A stretch of DNA of 64,000 nt from Felis catus (GCF_018350175.1 NC_058368.1:163930001-163994000), one strand, 5' to 3'. Positions 12,964 through 26,077 are shown, counted from the stretch's first letter. Notes: generated from the letters alone by a model not told the origin. Program-made: numbers and translations.

Positions 12964-15256
12964 TAGACTTTTGAGGATGATGTATCAAAAACTGTTTATT
13001 TTTTCTTAGATTTTAATAGATCTATACATGTGTTTGAATAACTTACACATTGCATATTTACACATTCATATGTTTGTATATCCATGTGTCATCTAGACAT
13101 TAGCTCACAGCAGACTAGTATAGCTTAATTTAATTTATGAAGAACTCACAACACTTAAAACTACAAGAGAACTGGGAAATCAAGGTCATTGCTTAGATGA
13201 AGAAACTGAGGCCCAAGAGAAATATCACTGAAGGAGATTTAATGTTATGAAAAGACCTTGTTATACATTCATTCTTGTGTCTCTGGAGTGACTCAGCTGC
13301 AAATTATTATTTTACTTACTTCCTGCTGTGTACCTCCCCCTACCCCAGGGACAGGGGAATGGGGGTACAGTATCATTCTCTAGGTCCTGTTTTTTATTAT
13401 GAAAAAAAATGATTTTAACAAATACTCTTTTTCCTCCAGGAAGCACATAGTTAGCCGCTTAATTAACTCATTGACTTCATGCTTGATGTGTAATTAAAAT
13501 AAGATGAGCTTTTCTGAACCCCAGTTTCAGTGCTTTTTGAGGACTACCCTGTGTAGTGATAGCTATTATTATCCTCACTTTTTAAGAATGGTGTGGAAAG
13601 AAATGGCAAAATATTTAAGTTGTATTAAGATAAAACACTGACTCATCAGGAGATTTGAGTGGGACAAAAGCACTCTTAGGCTTAATCACTGTTTGCCAAA
13701 GAACAGCTTTTTCCATGAAGAAGAAACAAAACAGAAACAAATCTTACATTTTTCTTCCAGAACTACACTGGAACTAGGAAATGAGATGGAAACATTCTAT
13801 ACATTGTATGTGGAATAAATTGTTTTGAAATAGAAACACTTTGCCTCTTCTCAAAATATCAATGTCTTATTGAACTTATTTGTTAGACACAATTTTTTGT
13901 ACTTCTGAAATTTAGTTATGATTCAATTCTTAATCATTACCCTTTAAAACCTAGTTTTTGTACATGGTAGCTTTTTTTTTTTTTAAGTTAGGCAAATCAC
14001 TGTTTCTTGAAAATTCTCAGGTCAAGTCCATAGTCAAGTGAAGTACCTTAAAAAAAGAACTTTATCAAGTTTGGCCTGCAGTAATCTATGCTTTAAATTA
14101 CAGCACAACTCATTCCAAATCAATATAATGAATTGATTTGTAAACGTTTCAGGCAGGATTGCTTTCTTTGGATTTTGTCTATTGAATGTGCACTGCAGTT
14201 AAAGCATCTTTTTTTCCTGCATAATTAAGTCCATGTTCTTGGCCTTTCACTGAGTTTAAACTGGGTTTAAAAGGCAGAAATGTATGTTAAAGCAAAATTA
14301 TGCACATCCATTATTCTTAGTCTTATAAATATTGAAGCATTTTTTTCCCTTCTTTTGTTGAGAAATAGAAGAGAAAATAAAGCTGAATGCCCTGAACTTT
14401 AGTTCCCATTTCTTGGGATATTTTATGCGTGGAAAAAATTGAACTTACTGCTTTCAAATGCCTAAATTGCCTTAATACACAGTAAAATGCTTTATTTTTA
14501 TAGCTATGATTATGTTTAAGTTATGGTATATGACAAAATATAAGAAGGAACAAGATAGTGGTTTAGATTTTGGAAAATCTGAGGAGATTTTGAGTTAATA
14601 TATAAATGGAAAGAGCTGTAGGGAAGGATCAGTTCAACTAACATTTATTGAGCACGTGTAACTGACTTCTATGTGCCAGGCACTGGGTTAGTCACTTTAT
14701 GGGTACCTTTCTGTTTCCCGGCAATCCTGCAAGGAATACAATACCTAATCATTTACATACAAGGAAAATGGAAAATTAAGTGCACCTAGGATTAAAACAT
14801 GGGTCTTCATAATGATGTTTTGGACTAGTAGTTTTCAGATACTGGGAAATATAAAAATAAATCCGTTCAGTTCTTGTCTTCAAGATATTATATATGGTGG
14901 TCTACCGGGAGAGATAGACATTCAAACAAATAATTGCATTACCATGTGATAAGTCCCAATATATAGTGGTATACTACAATAAGGGAGGGAATTATTTCAG
15001 ATAGAGGGAGTTAAATGTGTAATCATTGGGATGTGAAAAGGTATAGTGCTGAAGAAATGAAAAGTAGTGTCCTGTGGCTGATTTTAAGGGCCTGGAATTT
15101 TATGCTATGTAGTTTAGGACCCCTAGGATGCTCTGCTTTCAAACTACCCTCATTACTGTCTTCCTAAATGGTTGTTTGGGCCAGTAGATTTAACTGTTTT
15201 GTATCTTTGTATGCACAATTGAATTATCAGACTTTTGTAGGACATATCAGACTTTT

Positions 15257-15487
15257 TCTTTTCTTTTTAAAAAAATGTTTTTAAGATTTATTCATTTTTG
15301 AGACACAGAGAGAGACAGAGCATGAGTGGGGAAGGGGCAGAGAGAGGAGGAGACACAGAATCCGAAGCAGGCTCCAGGCTCTGAGCTGTCAGCACAGAGC
15401 TCGACGTGGGGCTTGAACTCATGAACTGCGAGATCATGACCTGAGCCAAAGTCAGACATTCAACTGACTGAGCCACCCAGGCACCCC
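15257..15487 (-). mobile_element. CAN-SINE
   Basis: TSD AGGACA(T/C)ATCAGACTTTT at 15239-15256 and 15488-15505. Confidence 0.96.
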
Positions 15488-16649
15488 AGGACACATCAGA
15501 CTTTTGTAGAACAGGATACGTTTGAACACCAGTATTTGCAATGCTCATTAGCAAGACATATTCACTTTTTAAAAAAGATACACATATTTACAGAGTAGTT
15601 TCCAGTTGTCAATGATTATAACTATGAAAAAATGCATACACAAGGAGGTACTGGTAGTGCTCACTCAGCAACTTCGTATCCGATTTTTCAGTGTTTATGA
15701 ACAATGAACAAAATATTTTAGACCATGTACGTGGCTGTCATGTAGGAGAAATGACTTGTAGGATTTTGGAGTTTTTGAAATGTAAAGAACATTTCTGGAA
15801 CTGGCAATGAACTGATGTTCTGAAGTGAGCACATCTGACAGACTGAATAACATATAGGAAACCTATGAATTGATACCTTACTGGTATTGGCGATCTTTGT
15901 AAGTGCTGTTATCTACTGTGAAAAATAATTCCATTTTTCAGATGGACCACCCAAAATTTTATCTTTAAATTTCATTTCTACTTTGAGAATTAACGAAAGC
16001 TTATGTATTTGGAACGTCATCCTATACAATACTTGACTAGCGTGGTGAAACTGTGTTTTCTAGCTCCTTGAATGTTGTTCAGTTATGGGATCTCTTGCAC
16101 TCTTGGTTAGTGTATTTTTGTGCCCTTAGTAATAGCAGTTGCATTCTGAAACCAAAGTTATAGATTTATAGATATATGTATTGGTTCTGAGGTACTTTTC
16201 TGGCAAAAATATGAGTGTAATATAAGTTAGTAATTTAAAACCATATAGTGTTCAAGTTACACTTCTCTTCAAGTTAAAAATATCTTACAATGTGAGACAG
16301 TCACCCTGCTAAGAAGAAAGTATCTGGAAACACAACAGTTGCCCCCATAAACACTTTAACCAGGAGTTCTCCCTTTGTCTGTAGAGTTTCAACGTTACTT
16401 CTCTTCACCACAAAGCAGATATCCTTATCACTAGCAACAGCATGAACTCAGAAATAAAACTTACCATTAAAACTTTTCACATTTTTCCCAAATGCTTTGT
16501 GAACATGAAACCATTAAGTAATAGAAAGAAGGAGATTTTTAGTCAGGAAGCAGTCTTTCTTTTCTTTTTTTTTTTTTTATGGGGGTCAAATTAAAGATAA
16601 TAGAAGGGTAACAATTGACCTTTTTTTTTTTTTTAAGATTTGTAGCTTT

Positions 16650-16854
16650 TTTTTTTTTAATGTTTGTTTATTTTTGGGAGAGAGAGAGCATGAGCAGGGG
16701 AGGGGCAGAGAAAAAGGGAGACACAGAATCTGAAGCAGGTTCCAGGCTCCAAACTTTCAACACAGAGCCCCACGTGGGGCTTGAACTCACAAACCTCCAG
16801 ATCATGACCTAAGCCAAACTCAGATGTTTAACCGACAGAGCCACCCAGGTGCCC
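16650..16854 (-). mobile_element. CAN-SINE
   Basis: SINE body; degenerate TSD TAAGATTTGTAGCTTT / TAAGATCTTAGCTTT. Confidence 0.93.
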
Positions 16855-16915
16855 TAAGATCTTAGCTTTAAAGGAATTTAATGTTTCTGAGACAACATAT
16901 GTGTCAAATAAAATA

Positions 16916-16917
<2 letters not shown>

Positions 16918-16951
<34 letters not shown>
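16918..16951. repeat. (TG)n microsatellite
   Basis: Perfect TG run. Confidence 0.97.
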
Positions 16952-16953
<2 letters not shown>

Positions 16954-17000
16954 AATCTTGCTGTTGCTACTTTTTAATGAACAGCCACATTGCTGTTTTT

Positions 17001-17040
17001 GTTGTTGTTGCTGTTGTTGTTGTTGTTGTTGTTGTTGTTT
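17001..17040. repeat. (GTT)n microsatellite with one GCT interruption
   Basis: Seen directly. Confidence 0.95.
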
Positions 17041-18079
17041 TTAGGGTATTGTCCTGAGTTAGAAGTCATTTTCATGCTTTTTATAAACAGGCCCAAACAA
17101 ATTCTAAGTTGATTTTGTCATATCAGTATTGGGAAGTAAGAAATGTGATACCTAATGACGGCCTTACTGTTGAATTGTTTTATGCCTAGGAGGCAGAATC
17201 TAAAATTCTTATTAGCTTGTTAATATGTCAGACATAATTGGAAAGTATGGAGTGTTTCCTAATTATTATCCTAGTAACCTCAACTCTATCTACTTTGGTT
17301 TTCTCAACACTGTGAAGAAGTGTGAGCTTCAATTAATATTTGGGATTATGAAATCACAGATTTAAAGGTGTGAAGTGTGTAAATGTCATTATTCTAATAA
17401 AATTCAAATTTACAAGATGAAACCTTTGAATAGCCTTGAATAAATTGATTCTCCCAATAAAGCAAATCCTAAAGTGACCATAAGAGGGTGCAAAGGCATT
17501 GTAGAAATGAACAAGCCCAATTCCTAGAATGACACAGAAATATACCTTTGTGACCATGAAATATTTAACATTTTAGAAAACATTCAAAGCTTCCAGAGCA
17601 TTTCGTTGAACATGACATGAGTTTATGCTCATCTGAGTATAATCCTACTTTTCTTGATTTCTTCTGAATGAACAAGTTGTCACTATGTTGGTTCTTAAAA
17701 AGCTTAAATAGGATCAAATCAGGAAAGCAGTGTTAAAAGGGGATGTAATTATAGTTGCTGCTATTGAAACAACTGATTCTAGGGTTTTTAAAGTCATAAA
17801 TACTATATTAAAATAATCTCGATCTTGTTTTATATACTTTATGTGTAAAGATGGACTTTTAACTTTGGGGGATAGGAAATGAATTCTTAGAATAGGAGGC
17901 CTTGGGAACATTTGAGAATCAAAGACAAAAATGCTATCGAATGTCTTCTAAAGACAAAATACAAAGTTTCTATTTGTTAATTTGGGCCTTAAAATTATTT
18001 TCTGTTTTAGATTATGTAATTTTATGGAACATATCTGTAGGCTGACTTTAATGGGCTGTTTCATCCTTTGCAATTTTTT

Positions 18080-18187
18080 AGGGCTTTTTAATTTTATTTT
18101 AGAGAGAGACAGAAAGAGAGAGTGTGTGTGAGTGAGTAGAGGAGGGGTGGTGCAGAGGAGAGAGAGGGAGGGAGGGTGGGAGGAAGG

Positions 18188-18224
<37 letters not shown>

Positions 18225-18351
18225 TCTCAAGCAGGCTTCATGCTCAGCATGGAGGAGCCAGAGATGGGGCTTGGTTCCATGGGCCTGGAATCACGACCTG
18301 AGCCAAAATCAAGAGCTGGATGTTTAATAGACTGAGCCACCCAGATGCCCC
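18080..18351 (-). mobile_element. CAN-SINE with compound GA/GGGA/GACA repeat
   Basis: TSD TCATCCTTTGCAATTTTT at 18061-18078 and 18352-18369. Confidence 0.94.
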
Positions 18352-18899
18352 TCATCCTTTGCAATTTTTAAGAAATAAATCCAACTTAAAATAGCTAACC
18401 TAAGGTGAACTTTAAATATCAATAGATTAATTGACAAAAGGAACAAATGAGGTGTCTCTTTCAGAGCACTGTTTGCATGGTATTAGACATTTAGATGAGA
18501 TCAAAATTTTTTTCCCAATATAACACCTTTTGTTTGTTTCGTGATAACCTTAGGAAAAATTGAGAATTATATTCTGTGTTATGAGTGAGAGGAAATAAAA
18601 ATAAATGATTGTTGGGCATTCAGTATTGAGATTATATCTGTAGGAACTACTATAGAAATAATCTCTTTGGTGATTTCATGTTAGCTTTTCAAAATAAAGT
18701 CAATGTTTGAAGTGAAATTTTAGAGATGTTAAGTCAGTGGAGATGTTTCTTTGTAATAGTAAGTCATCTACTAAGAGAAGCCCCAAAGCTCACAACATTC
18801 CTCATTTTTTCACCATCAGGATCTTAGAAACACAGGAAGCCCCTAAAAAAATCACCATCTTCCTATCTTTTAAGTGACCATACTTCACAAGAGCTGAAT

Positions 18900-19088
18900 T
18901 TTTAAAAAAAATGTGTATTTATTTAGAGAGGGGGAGAGAGAGACAGAGAGCCTGGGCAGGGGAGGGGCAGAGAGAGGGGGAGAGAGAGAATCTCAAGCAG
19001 GCCCTGTGTTTCCTGCTCAGAGCCCAATGTGTGGCTTGAACCCATGAACTGTGAGATCATGACCTGAGCTGAAACCAAGATTTGCACA
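18900..19088 (-). mobile_element. CAN-SINE abutting an L1 fragment
   Basis: SINE body; no clear TSD. Confidence 0.9.
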
Positions 19089-19840
19089 GTGAGCCATCCA
19101 GGCGCTCCATGTCTTGGCTCTTGAAAATAAAGCTGCAGTGAACATAGGGGTGAATATATCTCTTTGGATTGGTGTTTTTATTTTCTTCAGATAAATAACC
19201 ATAAGTGGCATTGTTGGATTGTATAATAGTTCTATTTTTAATTTTTTAAGAAGCTTCTGTACTGTTTTCCGTAGTTGCGGCATCAGTTTACATTCCCATC
19301 AACAGTGTATGAGAGCTACCTTTTCTCCACATCCTCACCAACATTTGTTATTTTTGTCTTTCTGATTGAGCATTTTCTTCATGTGCCTTTTGGCCATCTG
19401 TATGTCTTTTTTTTTTTTTTAATGTCTATTCAAGCCCTTTGTCCATTTTTAAATAATGTTTGTTTTTTTGATATTAGATTATGTACCCTTTTACAGATTT
19501 TGGATATTAATCACTTACCAGATGTATGATTTGCAAATATATTTTTCTCATTCAATAGGTTGCATTTGTGTTTTGTTGATTGTTTCCTTTGCTGTGCAAA
19601 AGCTTTTTAGTTAGATGTCATCCCATTGGTTTATTTTAGCATTTGTTGCCTTTGCCTAAGTGACTGGTCCAAAAAAAATATTCCTAAGACCAATGTTAAA
19701 GAGCTTATTACCTTTATTTTCTTTTAAGAGTTTTATGGTTTCAGGCCATACATTCATGTCTTTAATTCATTTTGAGTTTATTTTTTGTATATGGTATAAG
19801 ATAGTGGTTCAGTTTCATTCTTTAACATGTAGCTGTCCAG
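19089..19840 (-). mobile_element. Older L1 ORF2 3' fragment
   Basis: Minus-strand translation [20 protein letters not shown]...TPMFTAALF matches the L1 ORF2 C-terminus. Confidence 0.9.
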
Positions 19841-21961
19841 GCAATTATACTTTGAATAAAAGAGAAAGCAAAGACATATTAATACCTGAAGGAGAGAGAG
19901 GTCTGAGAATATTGTGAGGGGCAGTAACCAGTAATCTCAAAAAGACCGGAGGAGAGAAGAAACAAATATAGTTCATTTATTCAACATTTAGTTACTATAT
20001 GCCAGATGTTGATCAACCTGTTGCTAGTTTAAGACTCATCTGGTCTTAGTACTTGGAAGTCTAAAGAGATGAACTTACCTTTCCCTTAGATTCTATGTCT
20101 ACTCAGAAAATGTCAGATATCTAGTACTTTTAATAAACATTCAAATCACCCTGCATTAATTACTGGACACTGCAGACTTCGGTATCACTGAGTTCCAAAA
20201 GGCAGTTATATCTTCTAATTTAGTGTTTATATGGGTCTTCTGTGGCTCATTATGCTCCATTGGTATTTTTCATAGCAGTCAATTAATTTTGTAGCTCAAA
20301 TGGACAGAGTTGGTGCTACTTTGACATTTAATGTCAGGGTGGCAGAGAGTTACATTTAAAAAAGAAAAATTGCTACATTGGAAATAAGTATTTAAAAGTA
20401 TTGTTTTATATTGTGAAGATAGCTAATGTTTTGTTTCATTTTGTTTTTCCTTACTCATAGGGACTAGGGACAACCAAGGGTTTTTAATTCATTCTTCAGC
20501 CTGTGGTAAGGATTCCATGTCATCCTTCAAAGGCAGCTTGATATTTATCTTCTTTAAAGGTCTCAAGGGAAGGAAAATCTATAAGCTACCTTGGTGACCC
20601 ATCTTAGTGTAGAATAGCCCTTATACATTTATATAAGAAAGAATGAAGAAAATTTCAGTTTGACATAAAAATCATCATTTATAACAGGTCACTGGGAATG
20701 AGGGGACGACTACACATTTCCTTCTCTTCCTGTGTGGAGAATATGAATGACCTTTGACAGCCGTAACTTTCCCCTGCATTCTGCCTAAAATCATTGCGAT
20801 CTGTTAATGTTAATGAAAGGACATCAAGAACAGCTTTCAGACAGTGTATGTAATTTTGGGCAGATGAGAGGTTGAGGAAAACTCCTGAATATCCTCCTTT
20901 TCTCCACCTTTTTTTTTTTTTTCTGACTTCCCACAGGTTCCATCCATTTCTCCCAGTTCATTTTCTCCCAATTTCCTGTCAGTGAACACAAGCTTAGGTC
21001 ATGAAAAGTCATGACATTCAGGTGTAGAACTCTCTCAGGCTCTGTGACAGAAAGGAGGCGATTAAAGCTGACTTAAAGTGAATGGGGCTGGGCCAGGCAT
21101 AAAATGTGGACTGTTCATCTCACCTCTAACTCAGAAGTTGATGCCCTGGGGATAGGATGGGCAGCTGGTGGGTGAAGGAAATACATTTTGAGGAAGGAGC
21201 GTAGTAAATAGACTCTTGGGCCTCTGTGTACATTAAGGCCCTGCTCTGTTAGGTCTCAGGGATAATCTATGTTCTCCTGGCCATATATACCATAGTTTAC
21301 AACTTTAAAGGAAACAAGTAAATGCAACGAAAGCAGGAGTTGTATTTTAATAAGATGATAATTTTGAACTACTCTCTTCAGAGATGGTCTATTCAGAAGT
21401 TTTGTGGATGTGATGGTATTTTAATGAAAGCAGCGTGAGGGATGCATCATATTACTACATAATCAGGCTGTGACAGTGTCTCCATTGGCTAGTACATCAC
21501 TGTTCTGTGGTCTGCTCTGATTCCAGAGGAGATTTGAGGTGTCGACTACAGACTATCAAGTTATCTGGGTCTTGGTTACTTTATTCTCCCCTAATGTGAT
21601 ACCTTGTAAATTTAGAGTGCTGGGCAGTTTTGCTGCTAGCCTTCAGATTACCTTGATGGATATTGGAGAATGAACCTTGTTTTGAATGCATGAGTCCTTG
21701 CTTAGGCAATCAACTCTTTTTGGGGGTGGAGAGGGATAGAGACAGGGTGGACCTAAAAATGTTGTAAACAGCATCTGTTAACATTGGGCTTCCTTTGAGA
21801 GAGGAGGTTTTGTTTCAAATGTTAAATATTTAAATTAGTTTAAATAACTGGTTGCTTTCAAAATCTCAAGTATTGTTTTGCATGTATAATCTTATAGTTA
21901 CATTGTATGGATTTAAATTTATGTTATAAAATAATGCAATTCCGGCTTAGGGCTAGAGGTG

Positions 21962-22803
21962 TGTTATAGACTGAATGTTTGTGTCTCCTCAGAATTCCTG
22001 TGTTGAAGCCATAGCCCTGAATATGTTGGTGTAGGCATGCTGACCATGTTGGGTTACATGTTCCAGGCCTCTTGGAGATTAATGTACATATGTTAGAAAT
22101 ACATATTAAGGCTGGGATGGAGGGAGGCTTGCTTCAGCCTCCCATGAATCTATTAGAGATAACATAGTCTTGCCCCTTCCTGACTCATAAATGGCCCACA
22201 AAATCTAATTAAAGGTTAGCTGTCAATTAGGTGTGCCAACCCTTTGAAATGCATGAGAACTCTTTGATCTCACTATAGTGCTCCTCCGCTTGCCCCACCA
22301 CCTGTCCACTTGCTGTATAAACTGTGTAGACTGAGGTCCAGACTCTGCAGCGAATAGCTGTGCTGCATCTGGGTCATCATCTGCTCAATCCGCCCTGTCA
22401 GTAAGATACCCTGTGTAAATTACATGGAGTTTTGCTGGCTGTGTTTTTCAGTCTCAAAGTGCCTCCTTAATTTGGGGGATAGCTTTTTGTTCCTCCCCCA
22501 CCTTCTAACAGACAGTATTTGGAGATAAGCCCTTTGGGAAGTAATTAGATTTAGAGGAAGTAATGGGGGGCATGATGGGATTAATACCCTCTAAGAGTAA
22601 GTTGCTTTCTCTACCTCTGCCCTGTGAAAACTCAGTGAGAAGGCTGCCTGCTGCAAGCCAAAAAGTGGGCTCTCACCAGGAAGAACATCTGCTAGCACCT
22701 TGATCTTGGATTTGTCAGCCTCTAGAATTTTGAGAAATCGATATCTTGTTTAAGCCCCCCAGTTTATGGTATTTTGTTATAGCAGCCTGAGCTGGCTAGG
22801 ACA
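21962..22803 (+). mobile_element. MLT1A-like MaLR LTR split by a nested LTR
   Basis: Starts TGTTATAGACTGAATGTTTGTGTC, ends TTATAGCAGCCTGAGCTGGCTAGGACA; resumes at 22511 with GTATTTGGAGAT. Confidence 0.85.
22030..22510 (+). mobile_element. Solo ERV LTR (481 bp) nested in MLT1A; family not identified
   Basis: TG...CA termini (TGTAGG / CTAACA), TATAAA at 22316-22321, degenerate 5-bp TSD GTTGG/GACAG. Confidence 0.7.
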
Positions 22804-23234
22804 GGGTAGGAATATCAACATGATTCTAAGATGTAAAATATTTACCCCATTACCTTCTTTTATGAATGTTCTGTTGAACTTTCTAGCTACCTTTCATAAA
22901 TCCCACGCTGCCATGGACGCATCCTGGTGGTGTCTGAAGGTATCCATCTCTCAAAATCTGTATTTTGGAATTTTACTTGTTTTCCATTACACAGCCAAAA
23001 AATGTGTAAGTCATTTGTCAGTACATCCCCCCCTTCCTCTTTATCCATATTCAAATTAACACCAGTTTTTGTAACAGCCCCCCCAATTTTTTGATTCTCA
23101 TCTTTTTATTCTTATCTACTCTATTCTAAATTATCATCTCTTGACTTGATGATTGTAGAAGTCTCCTGATTGGAGACCTACTTCCATTCCATCTCTCCTC
23201 CAATCCACTTTATTCATAGTGGTCAGCATCTTGT

Positions 23235-23585
23235 TTGGTTTTGTTTTAATGGATTTATTTTTTGAAGGTTTATGGAAAAATTAAGTGGTACGTACAGAGT
23301 TCCCATATACCTCCCTGACCCCAACAGTTTCCCCTATTATTAACATCTTGCATTTTTGTGCTACAGTTGTTACAGTTGGTGAGCAATAATTGATACATTA
23401 TTATTAACTAAGATTTGTAGTGTTAGGGTTTGCTGTTTGTAGTAGACATTCTATGGGTTGTAAGGAATGTATAATGGTATGTATCCACCACCAGAGTATC
23501 ATTCAGAAATAATTTACTGTCTTAAAAATCCTCTGTGCTATGCTGATTCATCCCGCCCTCTTCCACCTTCTGGTAACCGCTGATC
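23235..23585 (-). mobile_element. L1MC-like 3' UTR fragment
   Basis: GTACAGAGTTCCCATATACC...CCTATTATTAACATCTTGCAT...TTGATACATTATTATTAACTAA. Confidence 0.75.
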
Positions 23586-23729
23586 TCGCCCCCCTCTCCA
23601 TTCACTAATCTGAGAATGAAAGTCTCACATTTTAACACATTGTTTTACAATTTATCCATTTATGCTTTTAACATTATCAGATTTAATTTGTTTCACATTA
23701 CACACTCCTAGAGCACTGTGTTTTTTACG

Positions 23730-23956
23730 TTTTTTTTTTTTTTAATTTTTTTTCCAACGTTTATTTATTTTTGGGACAGAGAGAGACAGAGCATGAACGG
23801 GGGAGGGGCAGAGAGAGAGGGAGACACAGAATCAGAAACAGGCTCCAGGCTCTGAGCCATCAGCCCAGAGCCCGACGCAGGGCTCGAACTCACGGACCGC
23901 GAGATCGTGACCTGGCTGAAGTCGGAGGCTTAACCGACTGCGCCACCCAGGCGCCC
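23730..23956 (-). mobile_element. Young felid SINE
   Basis: Near-identical to the 806-1038 copy; inserted in a T tract (T39 at 23961-23999). Confidence 0.97.
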
Positions 23957-23959
23957 AAT

Positions 23960-24003
<44 letters not shown>

Positions 24004-24224
24004 GAAATCCATTTTAAGGATTTAAAGGAAGCTAAGGACCCTCGTCCTATATTCACTGACATCCACTCTATTATGTAGTTTCACATAAAATGTCACTTGC
24101 TTCATGGGCACTCTGAATCCACATTTAAGAACCCTTGTCCTAAAGGGAACAATTTCTGTACAGCTCTTTTTACCCTATGGAATAAAGTACGCACAATTTC
24201 TTTCAGTATTCACTAAAATATATA

Positions 24225-24428
24225 GGGCGCCTGGGTGGCTCAGTTGGTTAAGCGTTGACTTTGGCTTAGGTCATGATTCCCCCACCCCTCTCCTGTTCAT
24301 GAGTTCCAGCCCTGTGCTGACAGCTCAGAGCCTGGAGCCTGCTTTGTATTCTGTGTCTCCCTCTCTCTCTCTGCCTCTCCCCCACTCCGGCTCTCTCCCT
24401 CTCTCAAAAATAAACATTTTGAAAAAAT
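24225..24428 (+). mobile_element. CAN-SINE with altered interior
   Basis: GGGCGCCTGGGTGGCTCAG head, (CT)n, AAAAATAAAC tail. Confidence 0.92.
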
Positions 24429-24519
24429 TAAGTATATAAATTTAATGTGCAAACTAAAATTTTATGCTGTTCTCCTGGGATAGCTCTATTCATTGTAAAG
24501 AAACAGAATTCAATTTTCT

Positions 24520-24724
24520 GAGCACCTGGGTGGCTCAGCTCGTTAAGTGTCTGACTCTTGATTTCAGCTTAGGTCATGATCTCGTGAGCTCAAGCCCTGC
24601 ATCAGGATCTGCACTGACAGCGTAGAGCCTGCTTGGGATTCTCTCATTCCTCCTCTATGTCTGGCCCTCCCCCCCTCACACTCTTCTTCTTTCTAAAAAC
24701 AAAAACAAAAACAACCCCATAGAC
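24520..24724 (+). mobile_element. Older CAN-SINE
   Basis: TSD ACAGAATTCA(A/C)TTTT at 24503-24517 and 24725-24739. Confidence 0.92.
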
Positions 24725-26077
24725 ACAGAATTCACTTTTAGAACAAATTTGATGAATGTATTTTTTTCTCTTGTGAATGGGAATTTTTTTCTACAGAGGT
24801 TTGAACTTTTAAGATTGTGTATACACTCGTAGGTTGTAAAAAAGTCATTCTCATTCTGTGTTTGTGAAAGCCATTTTGATCTGTGCTGTTTATTTGCACT
24901 GTTTTCTCTTTTTCATTTTCACTGCTCTGTTTTAACCAGTTCAGTTTTTCTTTTAAATTATTCCTTCTCCAAATATGGTATTATGTTTTTCGATAGACTA
25001 TTTATTGAAGATACTTGAATTCATAGAAATGATAGGACTCCAGATCTAGGAAAACCCTCATATGATAACATTAATTTCCTTGGCTTGTTCCTCTCTCCAC
25101 CATGACCCCACCAGGTTCCACAGCAGATTGGTGAGAGGTCCACAGCTTCGTTGCCTCTCCCATAGCCATGGTCCACTCTCTGGAATTTGAAAAGGAGGCT
25201 TGAGGCAGGATTTCAGCAAGACCTCCCAGTTTTGTGTGTTTGGTGAGTCTATCTCCCTAAGACAAGCTTAAGGGAAGGAAGCCCAGAGGCCTCACTTCTT
25301 GCTAGTAAGATAATCCCTCTTCATTCATCTTATCACTACAAGTACCCAAGCTAATAATTGTCAAAAAATGCTGTATTTTGAACTGCTTGCCCTTCTAAAA
25401 AAAAGCATGAGGACAAACCCTATTACACTTTACACTCATGTTTGTCTAAGTCACCTTCAGAAGCCCCCAAATTTCAATTCATAGATCATCACCTGGGCTT
25501 ATGCTCCATAAGCCTCAAATATCCTGATAGGACCACGTCATTTGCCTCCCCCATACTTCAAATTCTTTCCCTGTGCTTTTAGAGTTTATCATGAAAATCT
25601 GAAATCCTTGATATCCTTGATATCCACTACTCTGTCCTTTACCCTTTTTCTTTGACTGATACCTTGTCATTCTTGAAGATGTTTCTTATCTAGTTCTCCT
25701 TACTGGTGGCAGTTTTTAAATTTCACATTCCACATATAATGGAGACTGAAGATGAGATAGGTGTTCTCCTTCTGTTTCATTGTTCCTTCTAGACCACTGT
25801 ATTATCCTCCTTTCTCCAAAAGATAAGATTCTCTGAAGTAGATACCTTCTTGGTAATGTCCAACGCTCTCCACTCATTCATCGAAGATTGAAAACTCTGG
25901 ATCATTGTTTTCATTATTGATGGCTTCAGTAGCCTTGCGGATGATCACACTCAACCCCTCTGTGCTTCTTGACCTCACTTTTTCTGACTACACGATAGCC
26001 CAGGACATACCCTAGACTTTGAAGGTAGGTACCCCCACCTTCAAATACAGAATTCAAGCACCCACTCTTTAACCAAC

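Noticed and set aside
23957..24140. T39 run as the tail of a processed pseudogene
   Set aside because: Adjacent sequence shows no ORF, poly(A) signal or TSD; a homopolymer expanded next to the SINE target site is more likely.
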